Shown: positions 40,191 through 51,315, counted from the first letter of the stretch. The stretch: DNA of 64,000 nucleotides from an uncultured delta proteobacterium (GCA_963782055.1 CAWAIF010000003.1:6912001-6976000), one strand, 5' to 3'. The notes: generated by a model not told the origin, from the letters alone. Translations and numbers: made by a program.

Positions 40191-41401
40191 GTGCCCGGAA
40201 CCGGAAACACCACCGTCCCCTCCGCCCGGGACCCCGCGCCCCCCCGGCCCCGCCGCGCCCGGCCCCCCCTCCCCGCCCTGGTGATCGCCTGGTCCGCCGC
40301 CGAGCCCCAGCGCGTCGGGGAGATCGCCTTCATGGACGGCACCGGCCCCTGGTGGGCCGGCCGCACCTGCGACGATCTCGATCAGATCGGCTTCGCCCGC
40401 CAGCGCCCGCGCGCCCTCACCCACACGGGGGGCCTCTCCGGCGCGAGCCTCTCCCGCCGCCAGCTCCGCTTCGACCGCGCCAATCGCGGCTTCGTCGTCC
40501 AGAACGAGGGCAAGGCGCGACTGCGCGTCAACGGCATCGACTGCGGCGGGGGCGCCATCGAGCCGGGGGACGTGCTCGAGCTCTGCGGCCACTACCTCCT
40601 TGTCTTCACGGAGCGCCCCGCGTCCGTGGCCGAGCCCGCCCCGTGGCCCGCGTTCGCCTTCGGGGAGGCGGACGCGCACGGCATCGTCGGGGAGTCCCCC
40701 GCCGCGTGGAAGCTGCGCGCGGAGATCGCCTTCGCCGCGCGCTCCACCCCGCACGTGCTGGTGCGCGGCCCGAGCGGCACCGGCAAGGAGCTGTGCGCCG
40801 CCGCCATCCACGCCCTCTCCCCGCGCGCCCGCGGGCCGCTCGTCACCCGCAGCGCGGCCACCTTCCCGCCCGGCCTGCTCGACGCGGAGCTCTTCGGCAA
40901 CATGAGGAACTACCCCAACCCCGGCATGCCGGAGCGCCCGGGCCTGGTGGGGAGGCGCGGCTGGATCTGCAGGTGGAGCTCCCGCCCCTGGAGGCGCGCC
41001 GGGAGGACATCCCCCTGCTCGTCCGCCACCTGGTGCTCCAGGCGGCGAGCGCCAGCCCGGACGCGGCGCGGTTCGTCCGGGGGGAGCGGCGCGACGAGGT
41101 GGACGTGGATCCGGCGCTGATGACCGCGCTCCTGCGCGCGCCCTACCCGACCAACGTCCGGCAGCTCCGGGCGGCGGTGTGGGAGGCGATCCGCGCGTCG
41201 GGGGACGGGCCCCTGTCGCTGCCCCCGCACGATCACCGGCCCCCCGCGGGCGACGGCGAGGACGAAGGGGCGCGCGCGAAGGCGGGGATCCTCGCGGCGC
41301 TGGAGCGTCAGCGGTGGAACGTGACCCGCACGGCGGAGGCGATGGGCATCACCCGCTACGCGCTCATCCGGCGGATGAAGAAGTACGGCGTGACGGCGTG
41401 A
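40191..41401 (+). pseudogene. FHA + sigma54-activator AAA+ + Fis HTH regulator, internally deleted and frameshifted
   Basis: LSRRQ (FHA), GPSGTGKE, ELFG; jump at ~40950 to LPPLEARREDI, PTNVRQL and WNVTRTAEAMGITRYAL; Walker B region missing. Confidence 0.8.
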
Positions 41402-41445
41402 TCGCGGGCCCCCCGGCGCGGCTCTCTCCCTCCGCGCGGCCGCCC

Positions 41446-41625
41446 GTGGACCTCGTGCGCCGCGACGTGGACCTCGTGCGCCCGCGCGTCGACCTCGTAC
41501 GCGCCGACGTGGACCCCGTGCGCCGCGACGTGGACCTCGTGCGCCCGCGCGTCGACCTCGTGCGCTCCACCGGAGACCTCGTGTGCTCCAGCGGAGACCT
41601 TGTGTGCTCCACCGGAGACCATGTT
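41446..41625 (+). repeat. 21-bp tandem repeat array (8 full + 1 partial), core GACCTCGTGCGC
   Basis: Units start at 41446, 41467, 41488, 41509, 41530, 41551, 41572, 41593, 41614. Confidence 0.9.
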
Positions 41626-41740
41626 AACCGCATGAAATGACTCGAGGTCGGAGCTAGCGAGGTCCAGGGCGGGTGCTGGACCGGTCCGGGGACGGTCCTC
41701 GATCGCCCTGGTTTTCCCGCACTTCGAGGTTCGGGGCGGA

Positions 41741-41800
41741 GCGCACGAGGTCTCCCGATGGGCGCACAAGGTCTCCGGCCGGGCACACGAGGTCGAGGCC
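41741..41800 (-). repeat. Three inverted copies of the same 21-bp unit
   Basis: GCGCACGAGGTC (41741), GCGCACAAGGTC (41762), GCACACGAGGTC (41783). Confidence 0.85.
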
Positions 41801-41887
41801 GCACACTTCGTGCGCCCACCCCGTGCGGTCGCACGGTCGCCGCACGCTCTCCGGTGCGTGATCTCGCGGGCTTGCGGGGCATCTGCG

Positions 41888-41904
41888 CTGGCGCGCCGGT
41901 TGCG
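41888..41904 (+). promoter_or_regulatory. Sigma54 (-24/-12) promoter
   Basis: CTGGCGCGCCGGTTGCG vs consensus YTGGCACGRNNNTTGCW with correct GG/GC spacing, 56 bp before the ATG. Confidence 0.65.
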
Positions 41905-41960
41905 ATGGGGCCCTGCACACCGCGACGCCGCGAGCGCCGCACATCAATGAGGACACTCCG

Positions 41961-42893
41961 ATGAAGACAATCCCTACCAGCAACACCAGCAACAACACCA
42001 CCAGCAACACCACCCCCCTCCACCGCGTCACCGCCGAGCAGTCGCTCACGCGTGCGATGCAGTTCCTCCGTACGGTCGGCACCGATCCGGTCGTGCGCGC
42101 GGCGCTTCAGCGCACCGGCTTCGGCGTCGACGATCTGAAGCAGGGCTGGTCCCTCGTGCTCAAGGCCTGCGCCGCGGCGGCCCCGAGCACGCAGTTCACC
42201 ACGCTGTCCGGGCCCGTGCCGGAGGCCACGCTCAAGATCGGCGACTGGCAGTCGACCATGTTCCTGCGCGCGCACGCCGCGCTCAGGCGGCTGCACCCCG
42301 AGCAGGACGCCTTCCTCTTCGACAACCTGACCTCCGGCACGGGCATCGGCGCGGTCGTCACGGTGTCCATCTTCCTCGACCGGCTCGACGCGATGGAGAG
42401 CGGGCCGGACCGCAAGGCCACGCGCAAGGCGGACCAGGCCGCGCTGGCGACGCTGGAGGGTCGCGGCCTGACGAAGGAGGCGCGCAAGCAGGCCAGGGAC
42501 CTGGTCACCCTGGTGGAGACGACGCCGGCTCCCGCCCCCGTGGAGGAGCAGGCTGCGCCGGAGACGGACCAGCGGATGCTGGCGCTGACGGAGCTGCACG
42601 CCTGGGTGCAGGACTGGTCGGACTGCGCGCGCGCGGTGATCACGCGGCGGGATCAGCTCCTGCGCCTCGGCATCGGCAAGCGCAAGGCGCGCGGGTCGTC
42701 GGCCGCGGCGAAGGCGCGGCCCGCGGCGCCCGCGCCGGTGGTCGCGCCCGCGCCGGAGGTGAAGCCCGCGGCTCCGGCGGGGCCGTCCCTCATCGAGATG
42801 GGCGGTCCGATCGCGGCGCTTCCCCCCGCGCAGCTCAACGGGAAGAGCAACGGGGTGGTCGCGCTCCCGGTGAACGGAGGTGCGCACGCGTGA
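41961..42893 (+). CDS. Hypothetical helical protein with Pro/Ala-rich tail
   Basis: GAGGA RBS; strong host codon bias; followed by a terminator. Confidence 0.85.
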   Translation: MKTIPTSNTSNNTTSNTTPLHRVTAEQSLTRAMQFLRTVGTDPVVRAALQRTGFGVDDLKQGWSLVLKACAAAAPSTQFTTLSGPVPEATLKIGDWQSTMFLRAHAALRRLHPEQDAFLFDNLTSGTGIGAVVTVSIFLDRLDAMESGPDRKATRKADQAALATLEGRGLTKEARKQARDLVTLVETTPAPAPVEEQAAPETDQRMLALTELHAWVQDWSDCARAVITRRDQLLRLGIGKRKARGSSAAAKARPAAPAPVVAPAPEVKPAAPAGPSLIEMGGPIAALPPAQLNGKSNGVVALPVNGGAHA

Positions 42894-42916
42894 CGAGGCG
42901 GCGCGAGATGTTGCGC

Positions 42917-42967
42917 GGGAACGCGCGGTCCTCTCTGGAAGAGGGGGCCGCGCGTTTTCCGTTTTGT
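42917..42967 (+). terminator. Rho-independent terminator
   Basis: ACGCGCGGTCCT...GGGGCCGCGCGT stem followed by TTTTCCGTTTTGT. Confidence 0.75.
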
Positions 42968-43214
42968 GCTCTCTCGGCATCGACCCGCGCTCCCCGTCAA
43001 CGACGCGATCCAGATCCTGGGTGCCCAACCAGGTGCAGACGCCCGGATGGTCGTCACGCCAACCTACGACTGGAGACAACACGGCTTCGAGACGTGCCGC
43101 TGCGTCTCCGGCGACGCCCACCGGATGATGCCGACGTGATCCACGCGACGGCGAGGACCGCGACCGCGCCTACCGTAGCGCAGGAGCAGCGGCCGGTGGA
43201 CGGGCGCGCGCATC

Positions 43215-43700
43215 ATGGTGCGAGACGCGCTTCGTGTTACCGTCGTGTTGCGGCCGTACGCCGATGCGCATGAGGTTGCCCATGAGCGAAGACGACAAAG
43301 AAAGCCCGGAGGACGTCGCTGCCTCGCTTGGCCTCGACATCGGCACCGTCAAAGGGAGGTTCGCGCGGCGGATCTTTCCCCGGTGTCCATCCTGAGCGCG
43401 GTCACCGCCGGCGAAGGCTTTGGCAGGCCCCGCCTGTCGGGGCTCGTGTATCTGGGCCTCTCGGTCGCTTGTCTCTTGGTGGGCGCAGGATTGGCGACCC
43501 GCGGGGTGCTGGCGTACGTGCTCCTCCCTCTCGGTCCGGTGTACGCGCTCTCGGGCTTGTGGCTTGCCGCCGTGGGGGCGCCGGAAGCCGTGCCGCGCCC
43601 CCAGAAGCCGGCCTTGTGGACGCGCGTCGGGCTCGGGGTCTGCCTCGGGGTCGGCCTGGCCGCTGGCCTCCTCGCCGACGTGACCTTCTACTTCGGGTGA
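43215..43700 (+). CDS. Small membrane protein (start uncertain, possibly frameshifted)
   Basis: Three hydrophobic segments in the C-terminal part; terminator directly after the stop. Confidence 0.5.
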   Translation: MVRDALRVTVVLRPYADAHEVAHERRRQRKPGGRRCLAWPRHRHRQREVRAADLSPVSILSAVTAGEGFGRPRLSGLVYLGLSVACLLVGAGLATRGVLAYVLLPLGPVYALSGLWLAAVGAPEAVPRPQKPALWTRVGLGVCLGVGLAAGLLADVTFYFG

Positions 43701-43708
43701 CACCACAC

Positions 43709-43758
43709 GGGAACGCGCGGTCCTGTCCGGACGAGGGGCCGCGCGTTTTCCGTTTTGT
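43709..43758 (+). terminator. Rho-independent terminator, near-copy of 42917-42967
   Basis: GGGAACGCGCGGTCCT...GAGGGGCCGCGCGTTTTCCGTTTTGT. Confidence 0.75.
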
Positions 43759-44099
43759 CACCCGGCCATTCCTCGCCTGCGTCGCCGGGCCGAGCCGATA
43801 TCCCATAGCGGAGACTGGTTCGATCTCCACCCCAGTTGGAGCAGCTTCGACCGCAGAGGCGCGCGGCGGCGCTCGCGTCGTGAGCGGCGGCCACTCTGGC
43901 TACTGCGCCGGCTGGGGCGCGCCGAGGACGATGGGGTTGCCGCCTACGGCATTCGGGATCTCCAACCCCCCCTGTGTCAGAGGAGTTGTCCGGCGCGCTC
44001 CCCCGAGGCGGGTCACCGTCCTGCGCCGCGAGACTGAAACGGTTGTGCACGACACGAGCTTCGCAACGCGCTAGTCTGGCCAGTCGAGGGAGGTTCGCC

Positions 44100-47029
44100 G
44101 TGAAGCACATCTGGGTAGGGCTCGTCGTTCTCCTCGGCTGCCTGCTGTCCGGCGACGCGTCGCGCGTCGTCGCATCGCGGGCGCCTGGCGCTCCGGCGGT
44201 TCCGGAGACGGCGGCCGCCTCTCCCGGCGCGACGCCCGCGACCGGCCCCGCGGCCGACAGGGCGAAGGTCACCGCGCGGATGTCCCGGCTCCCGATGCGC
44301 TTCGAGGCGAACGCCGGCCAGTGGGACCGGCGCGTGCGGTTCGTGGGCCGCGGCAACGGCACGACGCTCTTCGTCACCGACGACGGGATGACCTTCGCCC
44401 TGCGCGAGGTGAAGATGCCACCGCGCGAGCCGGGGGAGAGCCGCGAGGCCGAACAGAAGGCGCGGGAGAAGGCGCTCGCCCGGGCGAAGACGGCGGCGGT
44501 GACGATGAGGCTCGTCGGCGTGCGCCCGAGCGCGCCGCGGGGCGAGGACGAGCTCGTCACCCGGAGCAACTTCTTCCTGGGCAACGATCCGAAGAAGTGG
44601 CGGACGAACGTGCCGAACTACGGCCGGGTGCGCGCGAAGGCGTGGCTGCCCGGCGTCGACATGGTGTGGCACGGCGGCCCGGACGGACTCGAGTACGACC
44701 TCGCGGTCTCTGCAGGGACGGACGCTTCGAGGATCGCGTTCGACGTGGAGGGCGCGGACGCGCTCCGGGTGAGGGACGACGGCACGCTGGAGATCCGGAC
44801 GGCGGCGGGCCCGCTGCTCGAGAAGGCGCCGCGGGTGACGCAGGCGGGCAAGGAGCTCCGCACGCGCTACCAGCTGGAGGGCGCGCGCCGCGTGGGTTTC
44901 GCGATCGAGGGGTACGACCGGGCGACTCCCGTGCTCATCGACCCGTCGCTGCTGTACTCGACCTACCTCGGTGGAAGCATGACTGAGTACTCGTCGGCCG
45001 GCAGTGTCGCAATCGACGCGGGCGGCAGCGCCTACGTGACCGGCCAAACGCAGTCGACCGACTTCCCCATGGCGAGCCCCTACCAGGGTTTCGTACGCCG
45101 GCGGAAACTACGACGCGTTCGTCACCAAGCTCAGCGCCTCCGGCAGCAGCCTTGTCTATTCGACCTACCTCGGCGGGTCGAACATCGACGTCGGCTACGG
45201 CATCGCGGTCGACGGGAGCGGCAGCGCGTACGTGACCGGCGACACGTACTCGACCAACTTCCCGACGGCAAGCGCAACCCAAGGATCCAACGCTGGAAGC
45301 GTGGACGCGTTCGTCACCAAGCTCAGCGCCTCCGGCAGCAGCCTCGTCTACTCGACCTACCTCGGCGGGTCGAGCGCCGAACACGGCAACGCCATCGCGG
45401 TCGACGGGAGCGGCAACGCGTACGCGGCCGGCGAAACGCAGTCGACCAATTTCCCCACGGCGAGCGCAACTCAGGGCTCCAAGGGCGGGGGCGTGGACGC
45501 TTTCGTCACCAGGCTCAGCACCTCGGGGAGCGGGGAGCAGCCTCGACTACTCGACCTACCTCGGCGGGGCGAACGATGATAGCGGCAGTGGCATCGCCGT
45601 CGACGTGAACGGCAGCGCGTACGTGGTGGGCTACACGCTTTCGACGGACTTCCCGGCGGCGAATGCCTACCAGGGCTCCAACGCTGGAGGCGCGGACGCT
45701 TTCGTCACCAAACTCAGCCCCTCTGGCAGCACCCTCGTCTACTCCACCTACCTCGGTGGGTCGAACTGGGAGCTCGGCTACGGCGTCGCGGTCGACGCGA
45801 GCGGCAGCGCGTACGTGACCGGCCGCACGACTTCGGCCAACTTCCCGACGGCAAGCGCCTACCAGAACTCCAGCGGCGGCCTCGACGATGCGTTCGTCAC
45901 GAAGCTCAGCGCCTCCGGCAGCAGCCTCGACTACTCGACCTACCTCGGTGGATCGAGCCTCGACTACGGCTACGGCATCGCGGTCGACGCGAGCGGTAGC
46001 GCGTACATCGCGGGCCAAACGTATTCGACCGACTTTCCGACGGCGAACCCATACCACGGCTCGAATGCCGGAAGTGCTGACGCGGTCTTCACCAAGCTCA
46101 GCCCCTCGGGCAACAGCCTCGTCTATTCGACCTACTTCGGCGGATCGGCCTACGACTACGCCGGTGGCATCGCGGTCGACGCGAGCGGGAGCGCGTACGT
46201 GACTGGCTACACGCTTTCGACCAACTTCCCAACGGCGAATGCCTACCAGGGCACGAACGCGGGAGGCGACGACTCGTTCGTCGCCAAGCTGGTCCCGAAG
46301 CTCGTTCTCTCCCCCGCGTCGACGAGCGTCGCGCCACAGGGTTCCAAGGCCTTTTCGGCATCGGGCGGCACCGGCGGCTACGTCTACTCCCTGCAGACCA
46401 ACGCCTCCGGCGGAACCATCAACGCCTTGACCGGCGCCTACACCGCCGGCCCCACCGGCAACGTCACCGACGTGGTGCAGGTGACCGACTCGACCAACGA
46501 GACCAAGACGGCGAACGTGACCGTCGGTCCGGGGGTGAGCATCTCGCCCGCGTCGCCCACCGTGCCAACGGCGGGCTCGGTCGGCTTCACCGCCACCGGA
46601 GGAAGCGGCACCGGCTATGCCTGGGTGCTCGCGACGAACAACTCCGGCGGCAGCATCGACCCGTCGACGGGCGCGTACACCGCGGGCGCAACGGCCAAGG
46701 TTGCCGATACGGTGCAGGTGACCGACTCGCTCGGCAACGCGGCCACCGCGACGGTGCATGTCACTGACGCGGCGCCCGCGGACGCCGGCACGGACGGCGC
46801 GGCGCCCGCGGACGCCGGCGCGGACGGCGCGGACGGCGCGGCCCCGGACGGCTCGACCGACCTGGACGGCGGGCCCGGCGTCGACGCGGGCAACGGGGAC
46901 GTGGGCAACACCGGCGGCTGCGGCTGCGACGTGGTCGGCGACACTCGCAGCGAGGGCTGGCTCGCGTGGGCCGCGCTGGGCGCCCTGCTGCTCGTGGTCC
47001 GCCGGAGGAAGACGGCGTCGGAGCGGTGA
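44100..47029 (+). pseudogene. SBBP beta-propeller repeat surface protein with MYXO-CTERM, frameshifted (~45090, ~45535)
   Basis: FEANAGQ, repeated YSTYLGGS...IAVD.SGSAYVTG.T.S..FP; GGCGC...LLLVVRRRK tail; spread across three frames. Confidence 0.85.
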
Positions 47030-47170
47030 GACCGAGGACGCCCCAGCACGGCACCTCGCCGCCAGCGCCTCAGGTGTGTCCGGGCGGGGCCGTGCTACGT
47101 TGGAGCCGAGAGGTTCGCCCTGGCTCCTCCCGCAACACCGACGCACTTTCCGGCGATCCCCGTCCTCGAC

Positions 47171-47863
47171 GTGGAGACGGCGCTCAGCCGCTTGCCCGCC
47201 GCGGCTCGCGCGCGGGTGGCCTGGGCGAAGAAGCCCATCGAGAGCGCTCTCGCCCGCCTCCGCACGGAGCCCTTGACGGACGACCTCGTGGCGCGGGTCG
47301 CGGAGGAGGCGTGGAAGCCCATCGCGTCGCTCGGTCGTGCTGCCTGGGAGATCATGGACAGCGACCTCGACGAGTGGCGGGCGAGGTTCGTGGACGACTT
47401 CAAGCAGGAGGAGCGGCAGCTCGCCGACTTCGTCGGCGACGACGACGCGCGCGATACCTTGCGCTGGGTGCTCGGGCTTCTCCAGTCGTTCCTCGGCCTG
47501 GCGCTCGCGGTACCGGCCGACCTCGTGATCCCGCCGGACGAAGCGCTCTTCGCCTCGCTCGGTGCCGACCAGGACTTCCAGCCCTACCCCCGCGCGTTGG
47601 TCGCGCTGATGGGCGCGGCCGAGACGAGGAAGGCCGGGGGCGATCCCGAGCGAGCGCGGGAGCTACTCGACGTCGCCTTCCTGGAGATGAACAGGTTCAG
47701 GGCCACGCTTCGGCGAGCCGGCGTGTCCTTGACGCCGTTCCCCAACGAGACGGTGGAAGAGCGTCGTCGAGGGCTCCTGGAGAGTGCAGAGCGCCTGCGC
47801 CGCTCCCTCTCGGACGAGGACTGGCGCGTGCTCGAGCAAGCCCGCATGCGCGATCTTCGGTGA
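47171..47863 (+). CDS. Hypothetical protein, putative antitoxin partner of the PIN gene
   Basis: TGATG overlap with the PIN gene; start may lie further upstream (CTG 47120). Confidence 0.65.
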   Translation: METALSRLPAAARARVAWAKKPIESALARLRTEPLTDDLVARVAEEAWKPIASLGRAAWEIMDSDLDEWRARFVDDFKQEERQLADFVGDDDARDTLRWVLGLLQSFLGLALAVPADLVIPPDEALFASLGADQDFQPYPRALVALMGAAETRKAGGDPERARELLDVAFLEMNRFRATLRRAGVSLTPFPNETVEERRRGLLESAERLRRSLSDEDWRVLEQARMRDLR

Positions 47864-48306
47864 TGCTGCTCGACACGAACATCGTGTCGGCGTTCATCAG
47901 GCGTGATGCGCAGGAGCGGACGCCCAGGGTCTACGAGTTCGTTGCGAGGCAGCTCGCGGCCGAGGGCCTCGCCATCGCGTACGTCACCCAGTTCGAGCTG
48001 AGACGCGGTATCGAGGAGCTTGTCCGGCGTGGCGAGGGTCGGCGAAAGCTCGTCCACTTCGAGAAGTTCATGGAGCGGGTTCAGGTGCTCGGCCTGGATC
48101 CCGCCATGGGCGAGGGATGGAACCTGGCTGCGCGTCTCTGGGCCGAGGGGCGAGCGAAGGGCCGCGTGTTCACGGACGCGGACCTGCTCATCGCGACCAC
48201 GGCCGCCTTCCACGGACATGAGCTCGCGACCTGCGAGGTCGGCCTGGCCGATGGCCTCGCTCAGCTCACATTTCCGGTCCACGTCCGGTTGGTCCCCGTC
48301 GGGTAG
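47863..48306 (+). CDS. PIN-domain (VapC-like) ribonuclease
   Basis: LLDTNIVS, FEL, DADLLIATTA. Confidence 0.88.
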   Translation: MLLDTNIVSAFIRRDAQERTPRVYEFVARQLAAEGLAIAYVTQFELRRGIEELVRRGEGRRKLVHFEKFMERVQVLGLDPAMGEGWNLAARLWAEGRAKGRVFTDADLLIATTAAFHGHELATCEVGLADGLAQLTFPVHVRLVPVG

Positions 48307-48380
48307 GAGAAGCCGACCGGGTCGAGGCGGATCGCGATCGCGCCGCGGCGCGCTCATGGCAAGCTGGCGGGCGAACCGCG

Positions 48381-49157
48381 ATGACCCGACGCCGAGACCC
48401 GCACTCCTGGATCACCGTACGCCTGTCCGAGCGGGATCTCGCGGAGGTGGTCCTGGAGGTCGCCGCGCCGCTGATCGACGGGCTCGGTCCGGCGCCGTCC
48501 ATCGAGGAGGCGCGCGGCGCCATCGAGCTCGCCATCGCGTTCTGGAACGCGAGCGTGCGCGCCTCGAAGCTATGGGGGCGCCCGCGGGTCAAGGCGCTGA
48601 ACGATCTCAGGAGACGCATGCGAGGGCGTCGGGACTCGCCGGGCGATGACACCACGTTCGAGCGGCTCACCGAGCGCTGGCGCGATCACTGGACCGATCC
48701 GCGGCTCGTGGAGAGCTGGACGTACGAGGCGGATGCCGCGGGCGTGCCACGGCTCGTGTGCGCGACGGCGCTGCCCGAGGGGGTGAAGGCCGAGGTCCCG
48801 CCGCCCGTCGAGAAGCGGATCTCCATCGGCGGCAGGTTCCTCGACGAGGTGAGGATCCCGCTGCGCGGCAACGCGCGCCTGGCCTTCCCGGTCGAGCGGC
48901 ATCACGGGGTGATCGGCGACGACGGTACGGTGACCGTGCACGCGATGATGCCGTCGGTCCTGCAGCTCTTCGCCGAAGGCCTTCTGCCCCGCGTCGGCTC
49001 CGAACCGGTCGAGGTCGTCGTGGGCGGTCGCGCGCTCGGTCCGCTGGTGCTCGCCGAGCTGCGGTGCGGCGAAGAGAGCTCCCGCCACGACGTGGCCATC
49101 CTCGTCTTCCGGCCGATCTCCGCGTCGCGCGGCATCCCTCCTCCGGCGTCGCGGTAG
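48381..49157 (+). CDS. Hypothetical protein
   Basis: 258-aa ORF with coding-like bias; no motif recognised. Confidence 0.6.
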   Translation: MTRRRDPHSWITVRLSERDLAEVVLEVAAPLIDGLGPAPSIEEARGAIELAIAFWNASVRASKLWGRPRVKALNDLRRRMRGRRDSPGDDTTFERLTERWRDHWTDPRLVESWTYEADAAGVPRLVCATALPEGVKAEVPPPVEKRISIGGRFLDEVRIPLRGNARLAFPVERHHGVIGDDGTVTVHAMMPSVLQLFAEGLLPRVGSEPVEVVVGGRALGPLVLAELRCGEESSRHDVAILVFRPISASRGIPPPASR

Positions 49158-49160
49158 GGT

Positions 49161-49300
49161 CCGTGGTCGCCGCCGCCTCCCTCGCCCGGTACGCCGACAC
49201 GCACGAGCAGCGCCTCCTGCTGCACGACGTGACGTGGAAGGACTACGTGCTGCTGCGTGAGACGCTCGACGCGCCGGGTCTCCGGATGACCGACGGAGGC
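49161..49300 (+). pseudogene. Uma2 endonuclease N-terminal remnant
   Basis: EQRLLLHDVTWKDYVLLRETLDAPGLRMT, then breaks off. Confidence 0.55.
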
Positions 49301-49337
49301 TGCCCCCAAGGTACGAACCCGTCCCCGGCGCGCGACC

Positions 49338-50171
49338 TCAGAAGCTGAGCGCGAGCTTCACCGAGCCGAGGTCGGGGTTCTTGGACACCAGGGTCGCGTC
49401 GAGCAATCCGTGGACCACGTACGTCGCCGTGCCGGCGCAATCGTCTGGCTGGTAGAGCGCCACCGAGGTCAGCGTGAGCGCCGCGGAGCCCTCCGGCTGC
49501 GCCGTCGTCCCGGCGAGGCAACCTGCGAGCTGGGTCGTGTAGCAATCTTCGGGGACAATCGGCACGCAGGTCGGGTGGGCGATGGATCCCTCGGCGCCGC
49601 AGCCGGGTGGACAGGGCGGCGACATGCCGCTGCCACAGTCCACTCCAGGCGGGATCGGATGCAGGACGCAGAGCGCGAGCCCGCCACACGCGGCGTAGGT
49701 GCCCGGGGCGGCTTCGGTCACGCCGATCATTCCATTCACGGATGCGGCGGTCGCGTCCGGGGGCGTCGTGATGTGAACGGCGTCCGGCGCGTCGGCCGGG
49801 ACCGGATCGGCGAGGAAGAAGAGGAGCTGACTCGGCTGGGCAAGGGTCTTGGGGACGCGCTCGAGGGTGACCGACTGGCCACCGAGGCAGATGTCTGCGT
49901 CGAGATCCGGCCCCGTCAACGTCCCGAACGCGGGGACGTAGTACGGCTGCGGCATCACGGCGGCGGAGGTGCACGCGGGGATGCCCGCGAGCCCCGCGTC
50001 GCCCGCGTCGAAGGCGTCCGGATTCACGCCCGCCTCGGAGACGCAGGGCGCTGCATCCTGGATCGCGGGGGCACCGGCATCGACGGGCGCGAGCGGTCGG
50101 CCGCGGCCCGGGCCGCAGGCCACGAGCGCGGCGGCGACGGCCACCACGCACACCATGTTTCGAGCCTCCAT
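49338..50171 (-). CDS. Cys-rich lipoprotein
   Basis: Lipobox LVAC after a hydrophobic stretch; DAG linkers. Confidence 0.75.
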   Translation of the reverse strand: MEARNMVCVVAVAAALVACGPGRGRPLAPVDAGAPAIQDAAPCVSEAGVNPDAFDAGDAGLAGIPACTSAAVMPQPYYVPAFGTLTGPDLDADICLGGQSVTLERVPKTLAQPSQLLFFLADPVPADAPDAVHITTPPDATAASVNGMIGVTEAAPGTYAACGGLALCVLHPIPPGVDCGSGMSPPCPPGCGAEGSIAHPTCVPIVPEDCYTTQLAGCLAGTTAQPEGSAALTLTSVALYQPDDCAGTATYVVHGLLDATLVSKNPDLGSVKLALSF

Positions 50172-50386
50172 GTCGTCCCTCCAGCGCAGCATGCCACCCC
50201 TTCACGTCTTCAGCCCGCACGCGATCCACGGATGCAGGCGCCGGCGCTCCTCGTCGTCGAGGTCGTCGCGATCCCGGCGCCGCCCCCGCGAGACCCGGAC
50301 ATCCCGATATCCAGCGGAACGTCAGCGAAGAATTGGCAGCTCGTAAAGGAGCGCGAAGCAAGGGAAGTTGGCGGCGGAGGTGACGC

Positions 50387-51207
50387 ATGACATCACCCAC
50401 GATCTTCGCCATCGACTTCGGCACCAGCAACTCGCTTCTCGCGGCCGCGGACCGGACGCGCGTCTTCGAGCCCGCGCCGCTCGATCAAGCGCCACCTGCC
50501 CTCGCGCTCCTTCACCACGACGCGCATCGGCGACCGATCGGCGACGCTGGAGGATCTCGTCGGCGCGCTGCTGCGCGCGATGCGCGAGCGGGCGTCGCGC
50601 CACTTCGACGCGGACGTGAGGCGCGTCGTCATGGGGCGGCCCGCGAAGTTCTCCGCCGACGCGCAGGAGGACGCGCTCGCCGCGGCGCGACTGGAGGCGG
50701 CGGCGCGGATCGCCGGCTTCGAGGAGGTGACCTTCTGCCCGGAGCCCGTCGCCGCCGCGTACGACTTCGCGGAGGATCTCCCCGCGCCTCGTGCTGATCG
50801 CGGACCTCGGCGGCGGGACGACGGACTACACCGTGGTGCGGATGGACGCGCCGCTCTACGACGCAGTGGAGGCGGCGAAGCGGCGGCTCTCCGACGCAAC
50901 ATCCATCTCCGTCGTGCTCGACTACCCCGGCGCGGAGCTCGACGTGACGACGACGCGCGCGGAGCTGGAGGCGTCCGCGGCGCGGATGGTCGAGCGGATG
51001 AAGCGGTGTCTGGATGGAGTGCTCGCCTCCGCCGGCGCGCGGCCGGAGGACATCGAGATCGTCTATCTGACCGGCGGCACCTCGCGCATGCCGCTCGTGG
51101 AGGCGAGCTTCCGGCAGTGGCTGCCCGGCGCGAGCTTCCGCCGGCTGCAGAGCTTTCACTCGGTCGTGCGCGGGCTGGCGCGGTATGCGCGAACGGTCGC
51201 GCCGTGA
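50387..51207 (+). pseudogene. Hsp70 (YegD-like) pseudogene
   Basis: AIDFGTSNS, EPVAAA, DLGGGTTD, LTGGTS in different frames with large deletions. Confidence 0.85.
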
Positions 51208-51315
51208 GCGGGTCACCGTCCCGTGGAGACGTGCGCCGCCGCGGGCGGGGACTGAGCCGCCGGATCGTCCAGGCGCACCCGACCGAGTATGGGGGCACGT
51301 GCTACGCTGCTTCTC

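Noticed and set aside
41446..41800. CRISPR array
   Set aside because: The 21-bp period leaves no unique spacers, units are degenerate, and no cas genes are present.
42917..43758. Integron attC sites
   Set aside because: No RYYYAAC/GTTRRRY ends and no integrase; the shape fits terminators.
44950..46290. ~185-bp nucleotide repeats as a non-coding array
   Set aside because: Explained by coding SBBP propeller blades.
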